Made by a program: the position numbers and the translations under genes | Assembly: GCA_000092065.1 (NCBI GenBank) | Contig: CP000581.1 | Source of the DNA: Ostreococcus lucimarinus | Taxonomy: Eukaryota | Strand: one strand, 5' to 3' | Length of the DNA stretch: 64,000 nt | Shown: one piece after another, positions 9,080-19,662 of the stretch | How the letters are laid out: each line of letters starts with the position of its first letter | Position numbering within the stretch: the stretch's first letter is position 1 | Notes under the pieces: model-generated | What the model saw: only the letters and a program-made list of their open reading frames with translations | The model's database searches: none | What the model was told of the DNA's origin: nothing

Positions 9080-10012
9080 TCAAGCTTCCGCGGCGTAATC
9101 TTCCTTGATTTCAATAGCGCTCATCTTTTCGATCGTCGCACTCACTTCTTCATCGCCTTTTGTTTCACCTTCTTGCTCACTACAAAGACATTTGAGCCAG
9201 TCATCCATTTTCTTCACAGTCGTCGGTAAGAAACCGTCCACTGTCGTAACGCAGTCCTTCTGTCCTGGCGTGTGACCTTCCGGCACGAGGAAGTCGGGAA
9301 TATCTTCATCCTCAAGTAATCTTTGCAAACCAGTATACTGCGACTCTGCTTGGCTGAAAATCTTGATTTTATGTTGCGTGTGCACCGCGAGAAGAGGTTT
9401 GACCGCGCTCCACAAGTAGTCAAACGCTGACGGCGCGTTGACAACGTAGATGGCCTTGGAGAGCTCCGGATAGTTGTGCGAAGCGACGCTATTGATTGTC
9501 TTCAACACATAGAGGCATCTCAACGCCGACATACCTATCCCGTCCATGTCGATGATGACGACTTGCTTATCCACCAAACCGTCGTAATCGTCGCTCGAAG
9601 CCTCTTGCTCCTTGCCCTCAGCTTTGATCTTCTTCGCTCTCTCTGTAGCCTCGGGGATAATCGACTGCACCAAGTGCTCAGCGCGTACGATCGTAGAGTA
9701 GACGTGCGTTTCGTCGCTTGCCGACGTCGCTAACGCGGCATCACCCTTACCCAGCCGTAACATGTACACCGGGAACCCCTGTTTCGTGTAGCATAAAAAT
9801 GGTGTCCCCGTCATAATCTTACGGTTATCGGCGAGCAAATCCCATCGTGGTTCGCTCGCTAGGATCGCATCAACGCCCACACGATCGCCAATTTTCACTG
9901 TCTTACGCCACTCCATCGCCTCTCTCAGCGCGGCCTCGGCGTTATCCAAACTATACTTGCGCGCTACTAAAAATCGTCGAAGCGTCGCGCGGCGGTTCCC
10001 CAACGGGCACAT
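9080..10012 (-). CDS. Sec14-like phosphatidylinositol/phosphatidylcholine transfer protein (CRAL-TRIO domain). The 5' end is uncertain.
   Basis: ATLRRFLVARKYSLDNAEAALREAMEWRK is the CRAL-TRIO_N block, followed by a lipid-binding domain. The open frame extends to 10107 but begins on a TTG with no ATG until codon 33 (10012-10010), so an upstream exon or a non-standard start is possible. Confidence 0.75.
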   Translation of the reverse strand: MCPLGNRRATLRRFLVARKYSLDNAEAALREAMEWRKTVKIGDRVGVDAILASEPRWDLLADNRKIMTGTPFLCYTKQGFPVYMLRLGKGDAALATSASDETHVYSTIVRAEHLVQSIIPEATERAKKIKAEGKEQEASSDDYDGLVDKQVVIIDMDGIGMSALRCLYVLKTINSVASHNYPELSKAIYVVNAPSAFDYLWSAVKPLLAVHTQHKIKIFSQAESQYTGLQRLLEDEDIPDFLVPEGHTPGQKDCVTTVDGFLPTTVKKMDDWLKCLCSEQEGETKGDEEVSATIEKMSAIEIKEDYAAEA

Positions 10013-10685
10013 CCCCTCGGGAATTTCCTCGCAGTCCTCCCCGAATCGCCCCGCCAATTCATCCACGAGCTCTTTCCAGTTCTCCGGGTGCGGAAACTCG
10101 TGAAACAATTTAGTAGGATCAGTTTCCCTGCGTTTGTCAAAGCGCGCTCCGTCAGTCGCGGCCGGCGTCCTCGACAGCTATCGGCGAGGTTTCTGATCTC
10201 ATCCATATCCGCGTCGTTCGCTTCGATTGATCGCTCTTTTGCCACCGCGTGTCGCGCGGGAGCGCGTCAACAAACACCATCGCGCGCGTCGTCGATCGCG
10301 CGCACGTACGGTTTATCCTCGCCATCCGCGGTCGCCGAGAACCAGCCACCGACGCTGCCAAACATGGAACTCATTTCCCTCGTCCGCCGCGCGCGATCGC
10401 GTGCGCGCGCGACGCGTGCGCGTGGACGTGGGCGCGAGAAACTCCTTAACCACCGATCGGCGTCGATACGACGCGCGTCGAGGAGCCGCGGGCGTGCGCG
10501 CGAAGGTCTGAGGTTTGATCGAACGAAGAAAGAACGAAGCGCGCCGACGGCAGAACGCGTCGCGCGGCGAATCGAGCGCGAGCGAAGTCGCTAAGGCGTC
10601 CGACGACGCGCTTTCGAGCGACAGCTAGCGGCGATCGCGCGCGCAGGCGGTGAAAGAGGCGCGGCGCGCGAAGTTGACGGATTCA

Positions 10686-10794
10686 ATGAAGGTCGAGGCG
10701 AACGCCGCGATGGAAATTGCGGTGGCGGAGGTGAAAAAGACGGAAGTCGAGCGCGGGAATAAGGTGCTGGTGACGCCTTTGTACGGAGTGAAGG
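10686..10794 (+). CDS. CPSF2: CPSF2 (CPSF-100) exon 1 (36 codons + 1 nt)
   Basis: MKVEANAAMEIAVAEVKKTEVERGNKVLVTPLYGVKG, then GTAAGT. Spliced to exon 2 it reads LVTPLYGVKGEQPMCYHVSIDGCNILLDCGW, which aligns with human [32 protein letters not shown]. Confidence 0.75.
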
Positions 10795-10882
10795 GTAAGT
10801 AACGAGAGGACGCGAACGGCGGATGGTGCGAATGAAGAGATCAGAGTGACTGACGACGGCGAATTACGAACGAATCGCGCAG
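10795..10882 (+). other. Spliceosomal intron (88 nt) of CPSF2: GTAAGT...cgcgCAG, phase 1
   Basis: The donor gtaagt is at 10795-10800 and the acceptor cag ends at 10882. Splicing restores the conserved CPSF2 N-terminus across the junction. Confidence 0.75.
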
Positions 10883-13140
10883 GAGAACAACCGATGTGCT
10901 ATCACGTCTCCATCGATGGCTGTAACATCTTGCTCGATTGTGGATGGAATGACAAATTTGATGTGGACATGCTCAAGCCGCTGGCGGCGATCGCGCCGAA
11001 GGTTGACGCGGTTTTGATTTCGCATCCAGACACGGCGCACTTGGGCGCGTTGCCCTACGCGTTTGGAAAGTTGGGAATGAATTGCAAGGTTTACGCGACG
11101 CTGCCGGTGCACAAGATGGGACAGATGTACATGTATGATCACTTTTTGACGAGGCAAGATCAGGGGGATTTTCAGGAGGTGTTTTCGCTCGACGACGTCG
11201 ACACGGCTTTCGCGGCGTTTGTGCCCGTCAAGTACATGCAATTGTCGATGCTGCGCGGGAAGGGTGATGGAATCTCGGTCATGGCTTACGCCGCTGGCCA
11301 CACGCTTGGTGGTGCGGTGTGGAAGATAGGAAAAGATGCTGAAGACGTGGTGTACGCCGTAGATTACAACGTGCGGAAGGAGAGACACCTGAACGGCACA
11401 TCTTTCGACGCCATTCACAGACCTGCGCTTCTCATCACTGACGCGAGTAGTGTCGACCGCGAAGTGCCGAACAAGACTACTCGAGACGCCAAGCTGATTG
11501 ATTCGATATTGTCTAGCTTGCGCATGAACGGTAACGTGCTCATTCCGATCGATCCCGCTGGGCGCGTGCTCGAGTTGATTTTGTTGCTAGAAGAGAAGTG
11601 GGCGCAGCGTCAATTGGGATCGTACCAAATCGTGCTTTTGACCAACGTGGCGTATAACACGCTCGATTTCGCGAAATCACATTTAGAATGGATGGGGGAT
11701 CACGTGACAAACGCATTCGAGCGTAGACGCGAGAACCCATTTAACACAAAGTTTCTCACGCTGTGCCACTCGATGGAGGAGTTGCAGGCGTTACCGCCGG
11801 GGCCTAAAGTCGTCCTCGCGTCGTTCGGAAGCTTGGAGGCGGGACCATCGAGACATTTGTTCGCTGAATGGGCTGAAGATAAGAGCAACTTGGTGATTCT
11901 CACCGGTCAACCGGAGCATGGTTCGCTCACTGAGCAAGTCGTGCAGCTCAGCGCGAAGGCCACGGCGAAGAAAAAGATCAAGCTCACGTTATCGCGCCGC
12001 ATCCCTTTGGAAGGATCAGAGCTAGCGGAGCACGAGAGTAGTCGCAAATCGAGTACAAGTACTGAGCTGGAGAAGAAGGAGAGCGAGACTGTGATAGCAG
12101 AGGAAGAAATGACGGATATAAAACCGGTTGAAGCAGAGGCTGAGCCCATGGATGTACTTTTTGGTGTGACAACGGTGGGATCTACTCAGGAAGCCGATTT
12201 ACGACGGCGCGATACCTTGACGGAGGGATTCACACCGATTTCCACGCCACATGGTCCCATGTTTCCTGATGAAGTGTGGGAGCCGACGATGACGGATTAT
12301 GGTCAAGAGATAGACATCGAAACGTTTCATCAAATTTCACAAATGTCGAGCGGGATACCTATTCCAGAACCGATGAAGGAGACAACTGTAGTCGACGACC
12401 TTGATGTCGCAAACATCGAAGAAGACGAAGAAGAAGAGCCTCAAGAGGTTCCTACGAAACTCGTCACCGAGACTCGTGAAATTAACATCCGTGCGACAAT
12501 CATAACTGTTGACTTTGAAGGAAAGGCAGACGGCAAGAGCGTCCGCACTCTCATCACGCAAGCTGCGCCGAGACGGGTAGTTTTAGTTCATGGTGATGCG
12601 AAGGAGACTAAAACGCTCAAAGATGCGCTCACTGCGGGATTACCCGGTGTGCAGATCGATGCTCCTGATGCGGGTAAGACGATTGAGTGCACTTCGGCTT
12701 CGGCAACGTACAAGATTCGCGTCTCAGACGCGCTCTTTCAAAAGGCAAACATGCGAGACATGGCGGGTTACAAAGTTGGCTGGGTCAACGGTGTCGTTGG
12801 CAAAGCCTTGGAAGAGGGTGGTGCTCCAATGTTGCTGCCTGTCTCTGCCTTGAACTCGAACGCTGATGGCATGGCGCTCGCGCCGTCAAACGCCACGATG
12901 ACAAAGGTGTCTGCGCAGCCCGGTTCCGTATTTTTGGGCGATTTGCGTCTTTCTGATTTCCGTCAGGCGCTAGCTCAAGAAGGCATCATCGCCGAATTCG
13001 CCGATGGTGTGCTGGTGTGTGCCAACGGTCGTGTCACGGTTAGAAAGGACGGTGATGAAAAGCTCGTCGTCGAGGGCGCGTTATCCCAAGACTATTTCGA
13101 GGTTCGACAGATCCTTTACTCGCAGTACAGCATCCTCTAA
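10883..13140 (+). CDS. CPSF2: CPSF2 (cleavage and polyadenylation specificity factor 100 kDa subunit) exon 2: metallo-beta-lactamase / beta-CASP fold
   Basis: ILLDCGWNDKFD...ISHPDTAHLGALPYAFGKLGMNCKVYATLPVHKMGQMYMYD...AAGHTLGGAVWKI. Confidence 0.9.
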
Positions 13141-13198
13141 AGGAATTGGCTAGCTCTAGATTAACAATGTACTATGACGAAAGTAGATTTGAAACAAC

Positions 13199-15088
13199 TC
13201 ACGCGGAAGACGAGAGCTTCTTCTCCAACTCTGCGATTTGCTCCTTCATCAGCGCCAAGTCTCGCGCCACGCGCTCTGTATTGTTCGGTTGTTTGCTAAT
13301 TTCCACCACCTTTCGCTGCAAATCGGTTTGCGCGCGACGTGCGACGCCGGTGGCTTCAACTTTACTCACTAAGTCGGCGAAGTCGCTATGCATTCCGTGA
13401 AGGTGTTTGTACGCAGCTCGACACAACTCATCCGAGCGCGCTTCTCTGAACAACGTCTCCTCAACGACGGTATATGTGCGTTGTAGCAGCACCTCTGCGG
13501 ATTGGATTTCGGTTTGCACGCTGCGAGTATCGCTCACGATTTTCGAGATCTCTCCTTCCTGCTTCTTGATATTCTTTATGATTTCGTTAACTCGTCGCAC
13601 GAACGAAGGACGGTGCACGTTCTTCGGCGATGCCTCATATTCCTCAAGCAGTTGACGTTGCTCGTGCTCCTTGACGCGCAACAACGCGCTCGTTTCTTTG
13701 CCTTCAGAGCGCCACTGTTCAATCTCCTCGAGTTGATGCTTTGCATTTTCACGCTTTTCACTGGCCGCAACCGCATGCGCTTCGATGGCGGCAATAAGCG
13801 GAGCTTTTGCGGCTTCCCACTCAGCCTTGAGTTGTTCCATTCTCTCCTTCGCAGTGTTGAGCACCTTGTTCAATTCGGCTTCGCTCTCCTCGATGGGACG
13901 ATCGGTGGCCAATACCATACCCACGGCTTGTTTATGCAACAAATAATTCGACTCAAGCTCTGCCGTTCGCGCGCGTTTCTCATCTGTGGACTCCAAAGCT
14001 TCTTTCACTTTGGCCGCGCACGAGGCGATTTCATCATCCACTGTCGACAGCACGGCAATGGCTTCATCGATTCGACGCTGAATATCTTCCACGTCGCGTT
14101 CTCGCGCGCTCAAACGCCCTTCGAGTGTATCAAGAGCCTCATTTTCTACTTCCATCGCTGTCTCGAGAACGTTTGTCTCGTCCATCTTCGTTTCGAGTTC
14201 GCGTCTTGCCCGTCTCGCCTTTGGCTCAGCATAGAATCCGCCTTCAATCGCGAATTTGAACACCTCCGCAATCAATCCACGCAAGCCTCCACGAGTGCGC
14301 AAATCGAATGGTTTTCCATCGGGTCCGATAAAATCTATGCGCTCCACGCCTCCAAACTTCAATCTTTGCGCATCTTCTTCGCGTTCGGTATCCGCGCGGC
14401 TGCGCGACGCATACTCTAAGATGGATGCCAACGTCGAGGCCTCTCCGCCTTCTTTGAGCTTCCCAAAAAACCCAGCCTCGTCCTCCGTCGCCAACCGCAC
14501 CGTGCGAAATTCTTGAGTATCCTCCACGTCGTCCGTCTTTTTCTTCGCCCTCGCCGCGGCCGCGATCCCTGCGAACCCTCCGAGTGACTTGGCCGCCTTT
14601 CCCCACGCCGCGCCCGCGCGCGTCGATTTCGCCACCGCCTTGATCGCACGCTGTCCCGCACTCCCGACCCCGACGGTCTCATTCTTCGTTCGTCCCCCAG
14701 CACTTCCAGAAATCGCCTCTTCGACCTCTTTCCTCGGCAATTTGTCGAGAACGAATTTCAAAATCGACCGCGCGCTCGCCTCGCTCGGATACAAAAACTG
14801 TTGAAATCCAATTTCCCCATCCCCTCCGTACCCAATCGTCCTGAGCGCTTCCGCGTACGCCCCGGCGACGCGAAACCGTTCCGCAACGTTCGCATCGTCA
14901 TCTTCGCTCGGTAGCGTCTCCGGGAGGTGCTTGAACGCGACGGAATCGATGCGGACGAGCGCCGAACGGATGAGTTTGGCGAACGCCACGCCGTCGTCGA
15001 CGAGCGATGCGAGGTCATCGGACGCGATCGGGACGTCCGCGGCGCGAAGGGCGAGGACCAGAACACCGTCGGCGTCGGCGGAGGACAT
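13199..15088 (-). CDS. CCDC22: CCDC22-like coiled-coil protein (Commander/CCC complex subunit)
   Basis: N-terminal ...GEIGFQQFLYPSEASARSILKFVLDKLP resembles human CCDC22 GYQNFLYPSEPDLRDLLLFLAERLP, followed by a long coiled coil. The first ATG of that domain is at 15088-15086. The stop lies only 58 nt from the CPSF2 stop (convergent). Confidence 0.7.
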   Translation of the reverse strand: MSSADADGVLVLALRAADVPIASDDLASLVDDGVAFAKLIRSALVRIDSVAFKHLPETLPSEDDDANVAERFRVAGAYAEALRTIGYGGDGEIGFQQFLYPSEASARSILKFVLDKLPRKEVEEAISGSAGGRTKNETVGVGSAGQRAIKAVAKSTRAGAAWGKAAKSLGGFAGIAAAARAKKKTDDVEDTQEFRTVRLATEDEAGFFGKLKEGGEASTLASILEYASRSRADTEREEDAQRLKFGGVERIDFIGPDGKPFDLRTRGGLRGLIAEVFKFAIEGGFYAEPKARRARRELETKMDETNVLETAMEVENEALDTLEGRLSARERDVEDIQRRIDEAIAVLSTVDDEIASCAAKVKEALESTDEKRARTAELESNYLLHKQAVGMVLATDRPIEESEAELNKVLNTAKERMEQLKAEWEAAKAPLIAAIEAHAVAASEKRENAKHQLEEIEQWRSEGKETSALLRVKEHEQRQLLEEYEASPKNVHRPSFVRRVNEIIKNIKKQEGEISKIVSDTRSVQTEIQSAEVLLQRTYTVVEETLFREARSDELCRAAYKHLHGMHSDFADLVSKVEATGVARRAQTDLQRKVVEISKQPNNTERVARDLALMKEQIAELEKKLSSSA

Positions 15089-15239
15089 CGGGACCCGCGA
15101 TGTCGGCCGCGCAATGCGGCGATCGAGACGGACACAGCGACGCCGCGTTCGAGGGTGCTGACGCCATAGCGCCGCGCGCGGTTCGTGTGCGCGCGGACGC
15201 GCCGCGCGCGGGGTCGGCGCGCGAAGCTTTGAATCGGTC
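15089..15239. promoter_or_regulatory. 151-bp divergent promoter between CCDC22 (-) and a polytopic membrane protein gene (+)
   Basis: Head-to-head ATGs at 15088 and 15240. Confidence 0.4.
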
Positions 15240-16205
15240 ATGTCGGACGAACGCGACGCGCGCGATGCCGCGACGACGCCAAAGCCACCGCGAACGCCCG
15301 AAAAGACGCTCGTGCATCGACTCGCGCAACCGAAAAGCGCCGACGAGCTCGTCGCGCTCGTGCCGAAGACTATTCTGCTCACGGAACACGCGGAGGGCGC
15401 GTCCGCGATGGCGCGAGCCGAGGTTTTGGACCATTTTTCGGTAATGTTTTGGATCGCGAACGATTGCTGTTGGAGCCAAGAGACGACGTGGGTATTCGTG
15501 CCGATGGCGTTCGTGGTGATATTCTTTACGCATAACGTGTGGGCGTCGAGGAACGACGCGAATGAGTTCAGACACGCGCTGGCGGTGTTCTTTTGGCTCG
15601 TCGGGGCGAATTCATGTTGGGTTTGGATGGATTTCTACGGGTCGGTGTACGCGCTCGAGGTGTGGTGTGTGATTTGCTTTGCGACGAGCGTACTCATAGA
15701 AGCCGCGCAGCTCACGGTTTTGGCGGTGCCGGCGATGAATAATGCGGGCGAAGTCGACACGCAAGACGTCACCGATGCGTTTCAGGCGATCGCAATTTTG
15801 TCCTGGGCGGCGCACGACTTGACGGTGTTTTTGTATTACAATCTGTCGTCGGTATCGCAAGATTACTGCCGTGTCGCGTGGTGGATCTTGGGCGCTGTAA
15901 TTGTGTTTCAGGTATCGTACTATCTGTACTTACAGATCAAGATTTATCGCGCGCGTCCGGAAAGTTCGGGCGTAGACTATGCCTTGGCTCTTTTCGCGTG
16001 GTCGATCGGGTGTATATTCTGGGAATTTGGTGATTTTTACGCAACCGACCATCAAGATCCGGAACCCGTGTTTCGACCGCCGCGACATGTCGATAACTTT
16101 CGATGGTGGTCGTTTTGGATCATAGTTATCGGCGCGCTACCGCTCGCGGTGTGGTGCGTGCGACACTCATTGAATATCCTGGCGTGGAGTAAGAAGAATC
16201 GATAG
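15240..16205 (+). CDS. Hypothetical Trp-rich polytopic membrane protein (~7 predicted TM helices)
   Basis: A 321-aa ORF starting at an ATG. It has hydrophobic stretches (VFVPMAFVVIFF, VWCVICFATSVLI, WWILGAVIVFQVSYYLYL, WSFWIIVIGALPLAVW), balanced codon usage, and no recognised family. Confidence 0.45.
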   Translation: MSDERDARDAATTPKPPRTPEKTLVHRLAQPKSADELVALVPKTILLTEHAEGASAMARAEVLDHFSVMFWIANDCCWSQETTWVFVPMAFVVIFFTHNVWASRNDANEFRHALAVFFWLVGANSCWVWMDFYGSVYALEVWCVICFATSVLIEAAQLTVLAVPAMNNAGEVDTQDVTDAFQAIAILSWAAHDLTVFLYYNLSSVSQDYCRVAWWILGAVIVFQVSYYLYLQIKIYRARPESSGVDYALALFAWSIGCIFWEFGDFYATDHQDPEPVFRPPRHVDNFRWWSFWIIVIGALPLAVWCVRHSLNILAWSKKNR

Positions 16206-16280
16206 CAAACTAGAATGTACAACTAGAATGTACAACAAGTATCTACCTACAGTAGGACTAAAATTAAATTCTGAATTCTT

Positions 16281-19200
16281 TCATGCTGCCTCGACAGCGC
16301 GCTCGAGTTGGATCTCGAACACGTCCGTTCTGAGGCTGATTCCCTTGCCACGCATGACATCGAGCAGGGCGGCACGTTCTTTGGTCGAAAACACCGACGC
16401 TAGTGATTCGATCCCATACAGCCAAATCGTTTTATTCCACGGTACCGCGTTTATGGCGCGTAAGAAGATTGTCTTAGCGCTGGACGCTTGTCCGCACGAC
16501 ACGTACGCGCGCATGTACGTAAGCCACAATAAAGGCGACTGCGCCGTGATTAATGCCGGTTGCAATGCTCGCTCGAGGACGGAAATTACGCGAGGGTTCG
16601 ATACGAACGGTTTGCCGACCTCCATGCCGAGCGCGTAGTACATCAGCGTCACGTTTGGATTGCGCTCGAGTTCAAAATCCAATAAACGACGCATGCGCTG
16701 CCTGCCTTGGACATCAAGTTCAAGTTCACACATCTTCAGAAGCAGATGCGGACTCCTTGGAAAAACTTTTAGCGCGCATTCAAGACTTGAGCGCCGTGTT
16801 GCGAGTGGCTTCATGTCCAACAGCTTGACGTGCAAACTGTGCCAATGCTCCACGTTCGTCGCGCGAAGTTGCGTCTCTGGTGGTACTGCACAAATCGCAT
16901 CGTCAATTTCCTTGCACGTCTGCTTGTTCAAGTACTGGAAGTGCGCGAAGCATTGAATCAACGCAATTCCATATTCTTGCAGACCATCGTGTTCGCGACC
17001 CTTCCACACACCGCCGCCTGCAAAAGCGTTGTTCATTTTTTGGTTGAACAAATTTTGCGCTCGTAGAAAGACCGTGGCGCCTTCAACGCGGGCGGCGTTC
17101 GGAGTGGTCTCTTCACCAGAATCTACGCTCGCGAGTGCCAACAACACTTTCAGTGCGTTTTCTCTATCACTCTCGCGCAGTTCGCATTCGACCCAAGATA
17201 GAGCTAGATGTGAGATGTCTTGCACCTTGGCTGACGTCGCAGTGCTGAACACTTTTGCATAAATTTTTCGCGCCGATGCCTTACGTCCAGATTCCCACTC
17301 CATTTTCGCAAAATGCGACCAAAGCTTGAGAGAATTTTCGTGGACACCCGACAGAAGCTCCTTTGCAACATCTTTCTCGGTGACGACGCGACATGAGAAA
17401 ATGGTTGGATCATAGCTTGCGAAAACGCGAAACATATTCGCTCCAAGAGCGCCGCGTCCAGCATCGGCGGTGACCCACGCGTGCTCAAGTCCATAACTCT
17501 GTGAAAGCCATGTTCCATTGTGCTTCACGCCATCGGCGGAGGCAAAAACTCTCGAGGCATTTACATACGGACCAGCCGTGCATTCAATGAGATCGAGCGA
17601 TTTATCATGATCAAAATCAGTAGGGAGCTTGTCCAAAGTGCCGACGAGACGTAGTGTTTGCATCCACAATCGCCGCTTTGCAGTTTCGTCGCTCAGCCTT
17701 ATCAAACCGTGCTTGATATCATCGAACCATATCACACGAGGTGACGCGCTTTGTTCATCTTCTTGCACGTCCATCGATCGAGCTGGTCTCCATATCTCGC
17801 AACAGCGTTCCCTCTCTTTCACAATCCATCGACGCAATATCTCATCATCAATTTCAATGTCCGCTGCTGCGTCAAGCTGCTCTTCGAGAAGTGCGAGCGC
17901 GGCTGCGTCTGGTTCTTCATCCTCCTCACTATCGTCGCCAACGCAATCTTCATCGTTGTCTATTGCAGTGTCTTCAAAACGTTCCCAGCCACCACCAAGG
18001 ATGGCTCCTGCTGGCACATCCGGTGGAGGCGGAGGAGGCGGAGGCACTTCGTAAGGCGTTTGATGCGCATGTTTGTTCCTACTCGCTGCGTCTGATTTCG
18101 CATCACGAACTATTATCTTGAGCTCCGTGTTCATGGACATCCATTCGTTCCATCCCGTGGCATTCGGCTCACCGATACGAGGCTCACCGCACTCCCAAAA
18201 TTGCTCGAATGCATCCACCAATTCGTCTTCCGTCTGCGTCGACGGGGAGAGGCAACAAAACTCTACTGCTGCTTGAATCCTTGCTACTGCTAGTTCCGTT
18301 TCACCAGTTTGAATGTCGAATCGACATACATCGACAATGAGATCGACAATTGCGCGTTCTAGTTCAGACACCTTGCTTGGTGCAGCAGATATTTGCTTCA
18401 ACTGGTTCCTTGCTATCGCGAGTGAACGTAACGCTCTGTTGAAGTCGTCACGAACGCTGCTCGCGCTAAAGTTACTAAAGTCACGCATACGGTAACGAAG
18501 ATACGCGTGCCAAATATCAGGACTTCCAGTATTTTGCTCTAACGCGTAATGCCAGCGTGATTTGATTGAAGGACTCTCTTCAACCTTTTCGTACTCCATG
18601 AGCAGCATGATGATCACACGCGCATCGTGCGAATGATACCTCAGTGCCTGCTCCAGTATGGCGATCTTTTTCTCAACCAGTTGACGAATTTCACTTCGTT
18701 TCCTCGTCAAAGCCATGAACTCGTCTTGAAATCGGGCGAATTCGATCCAAAGTTCGACGTCCTCCGGACGCTCTCGCGTCTTTTCATTGAAGCTCTTCGT
18801 CCTTTGCATCAGATGCGCATGCGCGTTCTCCATCCCGTCTTCAGCCATGTGCGGAACGCCCAAGTTGTGTAACTCTAGCTTGACAAACTCTTCGGCGTTT
18901 GTATCTGCCTTTGCCGTATCCACAAGAGAAGGTTTGCGCAGTCTTGGCGCGCTTCGATCGCTTCGCGAAGACATCCCTCGTGTAAAGTAGCGCTCTTTCG
19001 TCGATTCACGCTCGCGTTTGCACGTCAAATTCAATCCATAAAAATCGCTCTCGCGCACTCTTGCCACGCGTTCGTACCACTCTCGCGCTTGATCCACGGC
19101 CCGTCGAAACTTGACGCCGTCTGCGCGCGCGACGCGCCCATATGCCAGATTGTCGCCGTCGCGTCGCGCGTCTTCATACGCATCCCTCCCCTGGCGCATG

Positions 19201-19571
19201 CGAACGTCACCAACGCGCGCATCCCGCGTTAAACGCCCATACTTTTCCTCTAAAGCCGCAATCTTGCGCGCATCGTCAACTCGAAGTCTCTTCTCCCTTC
19301 GTTCGCGCTTCTTCTCTTTGAGCTGCCGCTTGTCCCGCTTACTTTTCTTCCCACGCTTCTCTCCCCGGTCGTCGTCGTCATCTCGCGACGATGTCGAAGG
19401 CGAGATCGAGCGCACGCGCGCATCGGCGACGTCGCCGTCCGCGGGTGCGTCGTTCGCGCTGGCGCGGAAAGAATTCATTCGAAGCCAAGCGTCGGGCGCA
19501 GCGTCGGCGTTAGAACGCGACGAGGATGCGCGAACGCCATCGTCGCGCGCATCGATGGGAAAGAGCGCCAT
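16281..19571 (-). CDS. NRDE2: NRDE2 homolog (nuclear exosome / MTR4-associated HAT-repeat protein)
   Basis: It starts MALFP like human NRDE2 (MALFPAF). VELWIEFARFQDEF / KKIAILEQAL / FEQFWECGEPRIGE / VIWFDDIKHGLIRLSD parallel human QLWMAFVAFQDEV / KKLAILERAI / FEPFWDSGEPRAGE / VLFDDIGQSLIRLSS. It also has a Lys/Arg-rich N-terminal region and C-terminal HAT repeats. 1096 aa. Confidence 0.8.
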   Translation of the reverse strand: MALFPIDARDDGVRASSSRSNADAAPDAWLRMNSFRASANDAPADGDVADARVRSISPSTSSRDDDDDRGEKRGKKSKRDKRQLKEKKRERREKRLRVDDARKIAALEEKYGRLTRDARVGDVRMRQGRDAYEDARRDGDNLAYGRVARADGVKFRRAVDQAREWYERVARVRESDFYGLNLTCKRERESTKERYFTRGMSSRSDRSAPRLRKPSLVDTAKADTNAEEFVKLELHNLGVPHMAEDGMENAHAHLMQRTKSFNEKTRERPEDVELWIEFARFQDEFMALTRKRSEIRQLVEKKIAILEQALRYHSHDARVIIMLLMEYEKVEESPSIKSRWHYALEQNTGSPDIWHAYLRYRMRDFSNFSASSVRDDFNRALRSLAIARNQLKQISAAPSKVSELERAIVDLIVDVCRFDIQTGETELAVARIQAAVEFCCLSPSTQTEDELVDAFEQFWECGEPRIGEPNATGWNEWMSMNTELKIIVRDAKSDAASRNKHAHQTPYEVPPPPPPPPDVPAGAILGGGWERFEDTAIDNDEDCVGDDSEEDEEPDAAALALLEEQLDAAADIEIDDEILRRWIVKERERCCEIWRPARSMDVQEDEQSASPRVIWFDDIKHGLIRLSDETAKRRLWMQTLRLVGTLDKLPTDFDHDKSLDLIECTAGPYVNASRVFASADGVKHNGTWLSQSYGLEHAWVTADAGRGALGANMFRVFASYDPTIFSCRVVTEKDVAKELLSGVHENSLKLWSHFAKMEWESGRKASARKIYAKVFSTATSAKVQDISHLALSWVECELRESDRENALKVLLALASVDSGEETTPNAARVEGATVFLRAQNLFNQKMNNAFAGGGVWKGREHDGLQEYGIALIQCFAHFQYLNKQTCKEIDDAICAVPPETQLRATNVEHWHSLHVKLLDMKPLATRRSSLECALKVFPRSPHLLLKMCELELDVQGRQRMRRLLDFELERNPNVTLMYYALGMEVGKPFVSNPRVISVLERALQPALITAQSPLLWLTYMRAYVSCGQASSAKTIFLRAINAVPWNKTIWLYGIESLASVFSTKERAALLDVMRGKGISLRTDVFEIQLERAVEAA

Positions 19572-19662
19572 CGTTGACGGCGCGCGCGTCGATGGCGCGC
19601 GCGTCGACGCCCCGCGTCACGCTTTGAGGTTCGCAGTCGGCGCGTCGTTAGGGGAAAGGGTT

